Shown: piece by piece, positions 36,026-44,747 of the stretch | How the letters are laid out: each line of letters starts with the position of its first letter | Numbering within the stretch: position 1 is the first letter of the stretch | NCBI GenBank assembly: GCA_002497025.1 | Contig: DAMG01000041.1 | Location: 1-44,747 of the forward strand | Length of the DNA: 44,747 nt | Direction of reading: 5' to 3' | Source: Euryarchaeota archaeon UBA126 | GTDB lineage: Archaea > Thermoplasmatota > Poseidoniia > Poseidoniales > Thalassarchaeaceae | Program-made: the position numbers and the translations under genes | Notes under the pieces: model-generated | What the model saw: only the letters and a program-made list of their open reading frames with translations | Databases searched by the model: none | What the model was told of the DNA's origin: nothing

Positions 36026-39000
36026 ATGAAATTCGGCGAAGTCATGATGTCCCTGTCTAAGAACGCCCGAAACGAATCCAAAGAAGGTCGAATAGCGATT
36101 TTCTTGGTTATGCTGATGTTAAGTTCACCAATGTTGTCATTGGTTCCATCTGTATCAGCATCCCACATTACCGACTATGCCGTACAGAGAGACCCCTCTT
36201 TCATTTCCATAGGAGATATTGACTGCGATGATGATAACGATATAGTATCGGCCAGTTCAATGGGTCACTTCATTACGGCACTTTACAATGATGGTAATGG
36301 AGGATTTGGAGACAGGCAGGATGTCTTCATATCAAACAACGATTCGTTCCGTGCTGGATTCAGGGATACAGCCGACGGAACCAGAGTCTATGTTGCCGAT
36401 GTAGACGGCGACGGTGTTAACGATGTTGTATACTATCAACAAAACATTCGATTCGTAGGAGGGCCAATGGTTCCAGGAAATCTAACCGTACTTTGGGGCG
36501 ATTGTAGCGAGAGAATCAACAATTGGAATCCTTCTGAGGCAATCACAGTTAGCAACCCGTATCTTCAGGACATGGATGTAGAGGATATTGATGGCGACGG
36601 AGATGCAGATATTGTGATGAGTGTGGTTGACCCTACTTTCACTAATAATTACATCAACATATACAAGGGCCCGGACCCAACTCAAATAACGGCTCAACAA
36701 ACCATTCCAGTGCCACTTACTAATGGACTACACACGAACTTAATCCTAGGACATTGGGGAGAAGATGTTCTTGGCGGAGGTGGCCTTCCTGGTGGTGGTG
36801 TTGGAGATTGTGAAGATCTGGACATTTGGTTGCTACGCTCACCTCCATACAACACTGGTGTTGGATTCTCGAATGGCCACTATGACAACATGACTGTGCT
36901 TGAATACGACTGTACTCTAGGAACTTATCCAAACCCATTGGATGCAACAGCAAGTGGCGTACATAATTTCAAGCTGGACGCAGACCACAACTATCCTTTG
37001 TATGGAATCGATATTTCCGATACCAATGATGATGGAGAGGTTGACCTAATCGCCGCTGTCGATGGAATTACAGGAAATATATCCTATGCAACTCGATCCG
37101 GTTCATCATGGAATACTCAAAATTACGTACCTCTCGGGGATTATCTAGGTGCCTCGCTTACCATTGCTGATGTAAATCGAGATGGACACATGGATTTCTT
37201 CGTTCCAACGGAAGTTACTCTAACTCGCTTGCAGGACTCCACTGCACAGAACCAAACATACTTGCTGGTGGATAACCTAAGGGAAATCAATACAGTAGAA
37301 ATCATTCTCGGTAATCCAAACGGAAATGGGTATCTTTCATCGCTTTCCTTTGACGTTGGCCGCCGACCAACTATGGCAGTCCCAGGTCAGCTAGCCGGCG
37401 GAGAAAATAGTGCATACGAGATAGCCATCGGACAGCGAGACAGATCATACAGATTCGCAAACAGCGCTATGTGGCTTGATACTCAAGGTTGGGCTGGAGC
37501 AGGTGATTTCCTTTCAGTCCTCAGTCTCGATAATGAGGATGTTGGAATTACCGAGGTAAGCATTGCACCTGCGGCCTACGATCCAGCGACTGGAGCAGCC
37601 ATGATTGGTGAGGGGAACCGTTTTGTCAACTTAACAGTCAAAAACACTGGCCTAAACCCTATTTCTGGTTCAGTTGATGTCGATTTAGAAGTAAAGGAAG
37701 TTCTTGATGGAATTGACACTCTCGTCTATTCCAACGACTTTGAGGGTAACATAGACAATACTAATTGTCCTGCTTGTTCAATTGCCCTAAAATCCTACAC
37801 AGGAGAATATAGCGAAGGTTCATCCTCGTGGCATGAGGAGTGGAATGCATCTACCGATTCTAATGGTTCAGCCACTGATGACTGGTGGGAAGCCGACAGA
37901 AACCCAACCACTTACATGTGGGCTGGAATGGACCATAATGACCAGGATAACGATTCAGGTTACTACAACAATATGGACGAGGCATTCATCATTGAGAATG
38001 TCGACTTAACGGGTGCAGATGCAGCATATCTGGATTTGGATCTGTTCTGCAGCGCCGCATTCTTTGAGTTGTATCTCGCTGAGCAATACGCCGTAGTAGA
38101 GCGATGGTTGTATGAGGACTCCTGTGGTATTGAGGTTTGGAGCGACGGCAATGGATGGGAACAGGTTTTCTTCACAGGAGGCTGGGATAATGAGAGATAC
38201 TTCCGACTTATTGGCTTAGGATATGATCCTGAATACAACACTTACAATGGTAACTTCTACACCGAGACCGTAACAACCTGGACCAGTTATTCCGGTGACG
38301 ATGCAATTGACCTTACTCGCTATGCAGGTGAAGTTGTTGACATCCGCTTCCGCTTCCGAAGTGGTTTGATGGGAAGTGTTGGCCCAGATGGATCGTCTCA
38401 GGAAACGGGACTAGATGGGTTTGCATTTGACAATATTTCTATTCGTAAAACCGATGTTATATTCGGCACCGAAGAAGTCGTAAGCCAAACTCTGTCATTC
38501 TCAGATTTCGCAGCTGGTGCTACCGAGGAAGTCACTCTTAATGCTGATTTCATCGACAACCGAACATATTACATCAAGACAGAATTAACCAATCCCAGTG
38601 GATTTGATAATGCAGATGCAACAAATGACGAGGTAAAATTCCAGATTACTGTGAAGAACCTATTCGATCCAGGTGTTGCAGAGGAGCCATGGATTAGTCT
38701 TGAGAATGGACTGAGATATGCATCTGGCGATCGCGACATAGAGATTCGAGTTCAGAACTTTGGAAACACGCTGACAGACTTCCAATTGGAAACTGTAGTC
38801 AAGAATGCTCTCCCTGATCTAATCGCAATTGAGGATTTCTCAGGATTAGAACCTATTTGGGAAGATGATGGAAATATGAATGGAAGTCGCTTAGACGACA
38901 CCAATGGTGACCATCCAATGCTACCACAAAGCAGAGGTGTGTTCAATTCCTTCGCATATTGGTTAGGCGACCCAGACACAGGTTATGGTGACAATTGGGA

Positions 39001-42000
39001 CGAGACTCTAACCCTCGATCCTTTCCCGGTCGCTTCTGGTGGAACCGACTTCACTTACCTAACATTTGATTACTTTGCAGAGGGTGATTTCCTTTCAGAT
39101 CAGCAAGGGAACATTCTAGCAATACGTGACGCTGCTGGCCTAGAAATTGAGTGGTCTAAGGGTGGAGAAATCTATAGTGGAACCGTTTGGGGAAGCTGGA
39201 CAGATCTTAACGAAAATGGACTAAGACCTTTCCAAGATGGTAGCGGTCTAGGTGCCTGTGAAGATTTCGATAACAATGGTCGATATGATGAGGTCGAATA
39301 TATGGGAGACCATTCCGACCGATACGAGTCTGTAGTTTGGTTTGATTCCGAAAGTCTAGTTAAGTCAGTAATCATTGATATGACTCACATAACTCTGCTA
39401 AACCAGACCTCTAACGATACCTTCGAGTGGAGGACGGAGTGCACAGATCTTTCCGGCTCGGAAGTCACCTTAACATGGAGATTCCAATCAAACGACGATG
39501 GGGTCAATGGAAATGCTGGTCTTGCCGGATTTGCAGTCGATAATATTCGTATCGATGAATTCACTTTCGAGGATGATGGAACTTACATCAACGACATCAA
39601 TGGACTTGATGCATCGGAGCGCGAAGACGTTACGGTGGCAACGCATGACTTCAAATCGGGAATTTACCGAATTGATGCAACAACACTATTCAATAGTACA
39701 ATTGAAGATACATCATGGTATAATAAAACTGAGATTACCACCGCAAATAATCATACCCAAATTATCTTCAGTATCGCAAGCGCGGACATAACTTTGATGC
39801 AACCAAATGTGCTTGATTGTGTTTCTGATATCACATACAAGTGCGTCTACACATATGATTCAGTCTCTCAGCACTCATTCACCGTTCCTCTTCTGAATGG
39901 TGTAATCGCAGGCGAGTATGAGGTGAACATGAAGATTGTAGATATGACAACAGGTCAAACTGTTTACGAACAGCCGGCAGATAATGGGCCGTTTGATCTT
40001 GAAGCCCATGCTCGAGACTTCGCTAATTGGACTGCACCTTACAACGGCTGGTACGATGGTCATCAATACAACATTAGTTTCTATGCTATATTGACTGAAG
40101 ATGGAGAGTCATCAGGAAATGATCGGTTCTTCGAAATAGAATTCTTTGACACTGTTGATGTCGCAATTCTGTCCAATCCTACTGACCAGAATCGTTTGCA
40201 GAGAGTTAAGCAGGACCTAGAGTCGATGGGAATGACATATACTCAGTTGTCAGTAAATGATTGGGATAGATACGCAACCGAGAACTGGATGTCTCATTAT
40301 GAGAAAATCTTGCTACCATGGCAGACTGATTACAATGTCGAGTACGGACAATATTACGAGACACTAGCTTCTACTAGAGAATCAGATGGTCTATCGGTTA
40401 CAGAAGTCCTAGAAGCATACATGGTTAATGGTGGAACTGTTCAGATTCACCTTGGCCCATATCGCAACGAATATCAGCCAAATAGGCTTCCTTTCGGAAT
40501 GGACATCGCTATGCGAAACCAATGGAATAACACAGTCACAAATGATGATCTAGTTATTGTCGATGCATACCACCCACTGATGAATAACGTCGATACTGCA
40601 GCCTTTGCAGGCGTTCACGGTGGCGCATACGTCGCATTAGCAGGACTCGATACAGCACAGGTACAATTCGACCAGATTCCACAAGTTTGTGGTGGTCGAA
40701 TTAGTGATCCAACCGGAACCTTCCATACTCTAATGCGAAGTGAATCGTTTGACTCACAGTCGTTACTTTCGATATGTAATCGCGGAGCAGGTGGGATGAT
40801 TGTTACCACCCTTGATGTTGAGAATCCAAGTTTCTCTCAACCATTTAGTGGAACATCTATGCCACTGTTATCCAATATGCTCGGCTATCAGGTAACTCCA
40901 TACCCAAGCAACTTCGGAATTGCGGGCGATGGATTTGACTTGACCGTGAACGGAGAAGCCCCTTCGATTGACACAGTTACAGGTGCCTACGCAACCATGT
41001 ACATCAAGTCGAACTCTGAACTGGATTTCTCATTCTTGACTTCTGATTCATCCTTGGCTGATGGTATTATTGCCGATTGGACATTACAATCTACAGACAT
41101 GAACGAGTCGGTTACAGGGTGGGAAGGAGAAATTATCGATTTCGGTGAAATTAGCCATATTCGTCAAAACAGTGCGAGCATACCTGCTCTTGGTAACTTC
41201 TGCGTTGGCGATTCGAGTTCCACAACTGGATGTAGAATCGGTGCAGAATGGCTTCTGACTCTGTATTTACACGATGACGAGGGCCACACAAGAATCACTT
41301 ACATCAATCTAGTAACAGATGATACATTGGCGGATGAATTCCGACCGAATGCAGATCTACAACTGATTGAGGACAGCGTTACAGATGAGTACGTAAGTCT
41401 TGAAGGAAGCAAAACCGTTGGAGGCATAGATTGGCCAATTTATCGGGTTAGATTGACCGACAGTGGTGACATCAGCCTATCCTTCGATTCTTCAGCAAGC
41501 TCTGATGACGACGCACCTGAGGGCGAGAGAGGAATTGAGATGTTTGAGTATCGTGTATTCTTTGATTATCCAGTAGATTCCTCGAGTCCAACTCTAGAAG
41601 GCCATACCTTCCAGGTGCCGGACGCAGCAGGTGGTGACATCTGGAATTATGTATTCCGTAACATGACTAGCGATGGAACGCTTGAGAACCAGATTAGGCT
41701 AGAATTGATTGTATACGATCGTGCTGGCAAGCAATCAGAAAAGGCACGAATATACTTCATTGTAGTTGGCGAGGACTTTGGAGACGAACCGCCAGTTGTG
41801 GATATTACTTCACCACGTTCTACTGATTCTCAGAGTCAAGATTTGGTCACAATCAATGGAATTGTGGAATCAGGTGCCGAAAACGGAGTCTTGATTGAGG
41901 TGGCTTTAGATTCAGCTCATTTGGATTTGACACCCTCTCCAAAGGCTACTCAGAAGGCACTAGGAAAATACAATTCTACAGGTCCAGCCTTACTTGGAGA

Positions 42001-42475
42001 TGGTGATACCTTCACAATCACTCTCAACATTGCAGACCTGTACTTGGAGACTACTGGAAAGCAGGTCACAATATACTGGAGAGTTGTTGAGGGAGATGGA
42101 AGCAGGTACACGTTGGATGACCAGTTTACAATTGACTTACTTCCTCGACCAAGTGACCCTTGTGTTCTGAATCCATCAAGCGATGGTTGTGAGTCAGAAA
42201 GTGGTAGTACCGACGTTATCATGTTCGCTGCTATCGGAGTTATCTTGGTTCTAGCAATTGTTGGTGTAACTCTAGTTGTGGTTAGATCGAGAGGTAAATC
42301 AGATGATGGCCAAGACACTGTTGAACAGTTTGGTGGTGTGGAGCAAATGGACCCTGTCGAAGCATACGTACAACAGATGGTCGGACAAGGCTATGACGAG
42401 GCTACTGCGAGGCAATATGCCGAGCAATATTACGCAGCATATTACGCCCAGCAAGGTCAAGGCGGCGGCAATTGA
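36026..42475 (+). CDS. Giant (about 2149 aa) type-I membrane-anchored surface protein with an FG-GAP/integrin-alpha-like beta-propeller and multiple beta-sandwich modules
   Basis: Signal peptide ...RIAIFLVMLMLSSPMLSLVPSVSA. At least five FG-GAP Ca loops (DIDCDDDNDIV, DVDGDGVNDVV, DIDGDGDADIV, DTNDDGEVDLI, DVNRDGHMDFF). CARDB-like strands (VNLTVKNTGLNPISGSV, IEIRVQNFGNTLTDF). Two jelly-roll modules ending GLDGFAFDNISI and GLAGFAVDNIRI. PKD-like SFDSSASSDDD. C-terminal TM VIMFAAIGVILVLAIVGVTLVVV and a 63-aa tail. Start at ATG 36026 (alternative 36044). Confidence 0.85.
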   Translation: MKFGEVMMSLSKNARNESKEGRIAIFLVMLMLSSPMLSLVPSVSASHITDYAVQRDPSFISIGDIDCDDDNDIVSASSMGHFITALYNDGNGGFGDRQDVFISNNDSFRAGFRDTADGTRVYVADVDGDGVNDVVYYQQNIRFVGGPMVPGNLTVLWGDCSERINNWNPSEAITVSNPYLQDMDVEDIDGDGDADIVMSVVDPTFTNNYINIYKGPDPTQITAQQTIPVPLTNGLHTNLILGHWGEDVLGGGGLPGGGVGDCEDLDIWLLRSPPYNTGVGFSNGHYDNMTVLEYDCTLGTYPNPLDATASGVHNFKLDADHNYPLYGIDISDTNDDGEVDLIAAVDGITGNISYATRSGSSWNTQNYVPLGDYLGASLTIADVNRDGHMDFFVPTEVTLTRLQDSTAQNQTYLLVDNLREINTVEIILGNPNGNGYLSSLSFDVGRRPTMAVPGQLAGGENSAYEIAIGQRDRSYRFANSAMWLDTQGWAGAGDFLSVLSLDNEDVGITEVSIAPAAYDPATGAAMIGEGNRFVNLTVKNTGLNPISGSVDVDLEVKEVLDGIDTLVYSNDFEGNIDNTNCPACSIALKSYTGEYSEGSSSWHEEWNASTDSNGSATDDWWEADRNPTTYMWAGMDHNDQDNDSGYYNNMDEAFIIENVDLTGADAAYLDLDLFCSAAFFELYLAEQYAVVERWLYEDSCGIEVWSDGNGWEQVFFTGGWDNERYFRLIGLGYDPEYNTYNGNFYTETVTTWTSYSGDDAIDLTRYAGEVVDIRFRFRSGLMGSVGPDGSSQETGLDGFAFDNISIRKTDVIFGTEEVVSQTLSFSDFAAGATEEVTLNADFIDNRTYYIKTELTNPSGFDNADATNDEVKFQITVKNLFDPGVAEEPWISLENGLRYASGDRDIEIRVQNFGNTLTDFQLETVVKNALPDLIAIEDFSGLEPIWEDDGNMNGSRLDDTNGDHPMLPQSRGVFNSFAYWLGDPDTGYGDNWDETLTLDPFPVASGGTDFTYLTFDYFAEGDFLSDQQGNILAIRDAAGLEIEWSKGGEIYSGTVWGSWTDLNENGLRPFQDGSGLGACEDFDNNGRYDEVEYMGDHSDRYESVVWFDSESLVKSVIIDMTHITLLNQTSNDTFEWRTECTDLSGSEVTLTWRFQSNDDGVNGNAGLAGFAVDNIRIDEFTFEDDGTYINDINGLDASEREDVTVATHDFKSGIYRIDATTLFNSTIEDTSWYNKTEITTANNHTQIIFSIASADITLMQPNVLDCVSDITYKCVYTYDSVSQHSFTVPLLNGVIAGEYEVNMKIVDMTTGQTVYEQPADNGPFDLEAHARDFANWTAPYNGWYDGHQYNISFYAILTEDGESSGNDRFFEIEFFDTVDVAILSNPTDQNRLQRVKQDLESMGMTYTQLSVNDWDRYATENWMSHYEKILLPWQTDYNVEYGQYYETLASTRESDGLSVTEVLEAYMVNGGTVQIHLGPYRNEYQPNRLPFGMDIAMRNQWNNTVTNDDLVIVDAYHPLMNNVDTAAFAGVHGGAYVALAGLDTAQVQFDQIPQVCGGRISDPTGTFHTLMRSESFDSQSLLSICNRGAGGMIVTTLDVENPSFSQPFSGTSMPLLSNMLGYQVTPYPSNFGIAGDGFDLTVNGEAPSIDTVTGAYATMYIKSNSELDFSFLTSDSSLADGIIADWTLQSTDMNESVTGWEGEIIDFGEISHIRQNSASIPALGNFCVGDSSSTTGCRIGAEWLLTLYLHDDEGHTRITYINLVTDDTLADEFRPNADLQLIEDSVTDEYVSLEGSKTVGGIDWPIYRVRLTDSGDISLSFDSSASSDDDAPEGERGIEMFEYRVFFDYPVDSSSPTLEGHTFQVPDAAGGDIWNYVFRNMTSDGTLENQIRLELIVYDRAGKQSEKARIYFIVVGEDFGDEPPVVDITSPRSTDSQSQDLVTINGIVESGAENGVLIEVALDSAHLDLTPSPKATQKALGKYNSTGPALLGDGDTFTITLNIADLYLETTGKQVTIYWRVVEGDGSRYTLDDQFTIDLLPRPSDPCVLNPSSDGCESESGSTDVIMFAAIGVILVLAIVGVTLVVVRSRGKSDDGQDTVEQFGGVEQMDPVEAYVQQMVGQGYDEATARQYAEQYYAAYYAQQGQGGGN

Positions 42476-42480
42476 GTAAA

Positions 42481-42494
42481 CCCTCGGAAGGGGG
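42481..42494 (+). terminator. Hairpin CCCTC-GGAA-GGGGG (GNRA-type tetraloop, one G.U pair), 5 nt after the giant gene's stop
   Basis: Read directly. Looser member of the C-run/G-run hairpin set. Confidence 0.25.
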
Positions 42495-42540
42495 ATGCTC
42501 AAAACGCACCTTGAAGGCCTGTTGGTGACCGCCTTAGGCC

Positions 42541-43806
42541 ATGGACACGGGTGATACATACACTGTGGCAGACCTCTCTCTAGCAAAGGCAGGTGGCCTA
42601 AAGGTAGACTGGGCCCGAAGCAGAATGCCGGCTCTAGCAGTATTACGCGAAAAGGCAGAGAAAGAACTGCCTTTAGCCGGTCAAAGAATTGCTGGTTGCT
42701 TGCATGTTACTAAAGAAACCGCTGTGCTAATTGAGACCATTGAGGCCGCTGGCGGTAAGGTCTCTTGGTCCGGTTGTAATCCTCTATCTACTCAAGACGA
42801 TGTAGCGGCTTGGCTTGCGTCTGAGGGTTATGATGTACATGCTTGGTATGGTCAAAATACTGAGGAGTTCTACCAATCTATTGATCGTACTCTGAAAATA
42901 AATCCAACACTTACGTTAGACGATGGTGCAGACCTAATTTATCGAGTCCATAGTAAATTTCCAGAACTAGCAGAAGACGTAATCGGAGGAACCGAAGAAA
43001 CAACCACGGGAGTTCACAGACTCAGAGCGATGGGTGAGGCAGGAGAACTCCTCTATCCTGTAATTGCAGTCAATGACGCATCTACCAAGTGGGACTTCGA
43101 CAATGTACATGGAACAGGCCAATCAACCCTTGACGGAATCATCCGAGCGACTAGTGTGTTGCTAGCAGGCAAAAGCTTCGTGGTTGCCGGATACGGACAT
43201 TGTGGCAAGGGATTAGCCAACCGTGCTCGCGGCATGGGTGCCAATGTAATCGTCACGGAAGTCGATCCAATCGCTGCTCTGAAAGCAGTCATGGATGGAT
43301 ACCGTGTGATGCAGATGGATGATGCTGCAAAGATTGGCGACATATTCTGCACAGCAACTGGAATGAAGGATGTAATCATAGGGCGTCATTTCGACATTAT
43401 GAAAGAAGGAGCAATCGTTTGTAATACAGGGCATTATGATTGCGAAATCAATATTTCACATCTTGAAGATAGAGCCAAGAAAATTTACACGATTAGGGAA
43501 GATAACGAAGCTTTCCAACTCAAAGATGGCCGTACTATACATTTGCTTGCTCGTGGAAGACTGGTTAATCTAGCTGCAGCAGAAGGCCATCCAAGCGAAG
43601 TAATGGATATGTCATTCGCCAATCAATTCCTAGCGCTTTGCCGATTAGCGGCTGAGGGTCAAGGATACGACAATATCGTCTACGACATTAGTGCCGAACA
43701 AGATAGTGAATTGGCAAGGTTAAAACTCACAGCAGAAGGAATTAGTATCGATAGTTTGACCAATGAGCAACTAGCCTATCTGGAAGATTATTCTGCAGGG
43801 ACATGA
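42541..43806 (+). CDS. ahcY: Adenosylhomocysteinase
   Basis: 421 aa. DDGADL, EETTTGV, NAD-binding VAGYGHCGKG and NTGHYDCEI motifs. Confidence 0.95.
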   Translation: MDTGDTYTVADLSLAKAGGLKVDWARSRMPALAVLREKAEKELPLAGQRIAGCLHVTKETAVLIETIEAAGGKVSWSGCNPLSTQDDVAAWLASEGYDVHAWYGQNTEEFYQSIDRTLKINPTLTLDDGADLIYRVHSKFPELAEDVIGGTEETTTGVHRLRAMGEAGELLYPVIAVNDASTKWDFDNVHGTGQSTLDGIIRATSVLLAGKSFVVAGYGHCGKGLANRARGMGANVIVTEVDPIAALKAVMDGYRVMQMDDAAKIGDIFCTATGMKDVIIGRHFDIMKEGAIVCNTGHYDCEINISHLEDRAKKIYTIREDNEAFQLKDGRTIHLLARGRLVNLAAAEGHPSEVMDMSFANQFLALCRLAAEGQGYDNIVYDISAEQDSELARLKLTAEGISIDSLTNEQLAYLEDYSAGT

Positions 43807-43820
43807 GAAATAATTCAGAG

Positions 43821-44747
43821 TTAATCTTCGGATTCCTCAGCCTCTCCCCACCAACTTTCCGTGTTTGAAAAATCTGGTAGTTTTGGTTTCCACTTTTTAT
43901 CAATAATTTCGTCTGATTGTATAATTTTACTATGGCGGTCTTGGAAGGCTTCAGTTCGTTTTCCAATCGTATGATTGTAGAGTTTACTACCGCGAATTTC
44001 GGTAGGCACACAGATCTTTGCTGAAGTTGCCTCTACATCGATTGCCCTTTCTAAGTCGAGTGCGTGTCGGTTTAGTTTTTGCAATAATCCAGCACCGGCT
44101 CGACTTATCCCCGAAAATAGACCTAGAATAATCAAAAACACCAAAATGAAGCCATATTGACTACCTCCAAGTGCACTCATGGCTATAGTGCCAATAATGA
44201 ATACAATTGGAGCAACAAAAGTGAACAGGAAGAAAGTCTCAGAGAGTGGTTTACGAGTTTTCATTCGACCGATTATCTCCCATCGAGGATGTTTGGGATT
44301 TTGTGGCCTGAATATTTCCTCTTTCTCCATTTTGGCCGCCTTGTCAACCATCTGTCTAACTCGATCCATATTCATTAGTTGCTTACGGTCTGGTTGTTCC
44401 ATCCCTGAGTCGAACATGATTTCCAACAACTCGCTAGCTTCGGAATACATCCCAAGTCGTACAAGAATGGCAATTTGTTCGATTAGTGGTGTCACATCTC
44501 CGGGGTTGACTTGCCTTCTTTGCTGCCACCACTCAAGTGCCTCTTCTAGCATACCTAGGTGATCAACGAGAAGAATTCCTCCTAATGCCCACGATTCTGT
44601 ATCCTCCGGTTCCAGTCTCACGACATTTTGTAATGCGGCATAAGCACTAGCCGCTTGTGATAAAGTAGGCATATCTTGTACACCTCTCCTTGCGGCTGGA
44701 AGAGTCATCCTTGCGGTCATTTTCCAAGCGGCGGCATGGTCAGGCTC
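43821..44747 (-). CDS. TPR-repeat protein with two C-terminal-half TM helices (probably 5'-truncated by the window edge)
   Basis: TPR-like helices (AASAYAALQNVVRLEPEDTESW..., EEALEWWQQRRQVNPGD...), hydrophobic FFLFTFVAPIVFIIGTIAMSAL and GFILVFLIILGLFSGI, acidic tail. The frame stays open for the 9 codons upstream of the ATG at 44720 to the window end, so the true start may lie outside. Confidence 0.55.
   Translation of the reverse strand, partial: EPDHAAAWKMTARMTLPAARRGVQDMPTLSQAASAYAALQNVVRLEPEDTESWALGGILLVDHLGMLEEALEWWQQRRQVNPGDVTPLIEQIAILVRLGMYSEASELLEIMFDSGMEQPDRKQLMNMDRVRQMVDKAAKMEKEEIFRPQNPKHPRWEIIGRMKTRKPLSETFFLFTFVAPIVFIIGTIAMSALGGSQYGFILVFLIILGLFSGISRAGAGLLQKLNRHALDLERAIDVEATSAKICVPTEIRGSKLYNHTIGKRTEAFQDRHSKIIQSDEIIDKKWKPKLPDFSNTESWWGEAEESED

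Noticed and set aside
1-44747. Search for CRISPR arrays, IS elements/transposases, integrases, prophage genes, rRNA or known defence/toxin-antitoxin genes
   Set aside because: I saw no regularly spaced direct repeats and no transposase/integrase-like ORFs. Neither tRNA is flanked by a partial tRNA duplicate (att-like repeat) that I could see. The largest non-coding gap is about 176 nt, too small for rRNA, RNase P or SRP RNA.

Overview
Compact, roughly 90% coding archaeal chromosomal segment with about 33 protein genes and two tRNAs. I saw no rRNA, CRISPR array, transposase or integrase. Archaeal identity rests on RadA, RpoK, Hel308, a Cgi121-like KEOPS subunit, an NFACT/Rqc2 homologue, an archaeal-type initiator tRNA and A/T-rich TATA-like boxes about 25 nt upstream of several starts. 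Gene content fits a marine heterotrophic Thermoplasmatota / Marine Group II-like archaeon, but that placement is inference only. The supporting content is heme O/A synthases, 2-oxoacid:ferredoxin oxidoreductase, aconitase, a bacterial-type thiolase, tryptophan 2,3-dioxygenase, several peptidases, very acidic proteins and two giant surface proteins. Most of the window is housekeeping, and I found no recognisable defence, toxin-antitoxin or mobile system. Six things are not explained by routine annotation. (1) Two giant type-I anchored surface proteins built from eukaryote-like extracellular modules: an FG-GAP/integrin-alpha-like propeller protein of about 2150 aa, and a kexin-like S8 protease with a P-domain and four tandem TSP3 + Cys-motif modules. 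They share a pre-TM GST motif and a cytoplasmic EAY-x4-V-x-Q motif. (2) A family of CCCC-WWW-GGGG mini-hairpins lying 0-50 nt after stop codons. (3) A perfect 11-bp inverted repeat enclosing the start codon of a Nudix + LACTB2-like MBL fusion gene. (4) An orphan protein with an HEYFH (HExxH) motif. (5) Lineage-specific insertions in RpoK and Hel308. (6) An unlisted 59-codon ORF. All functional calls come from motif recognition by eye, and no searches were run.
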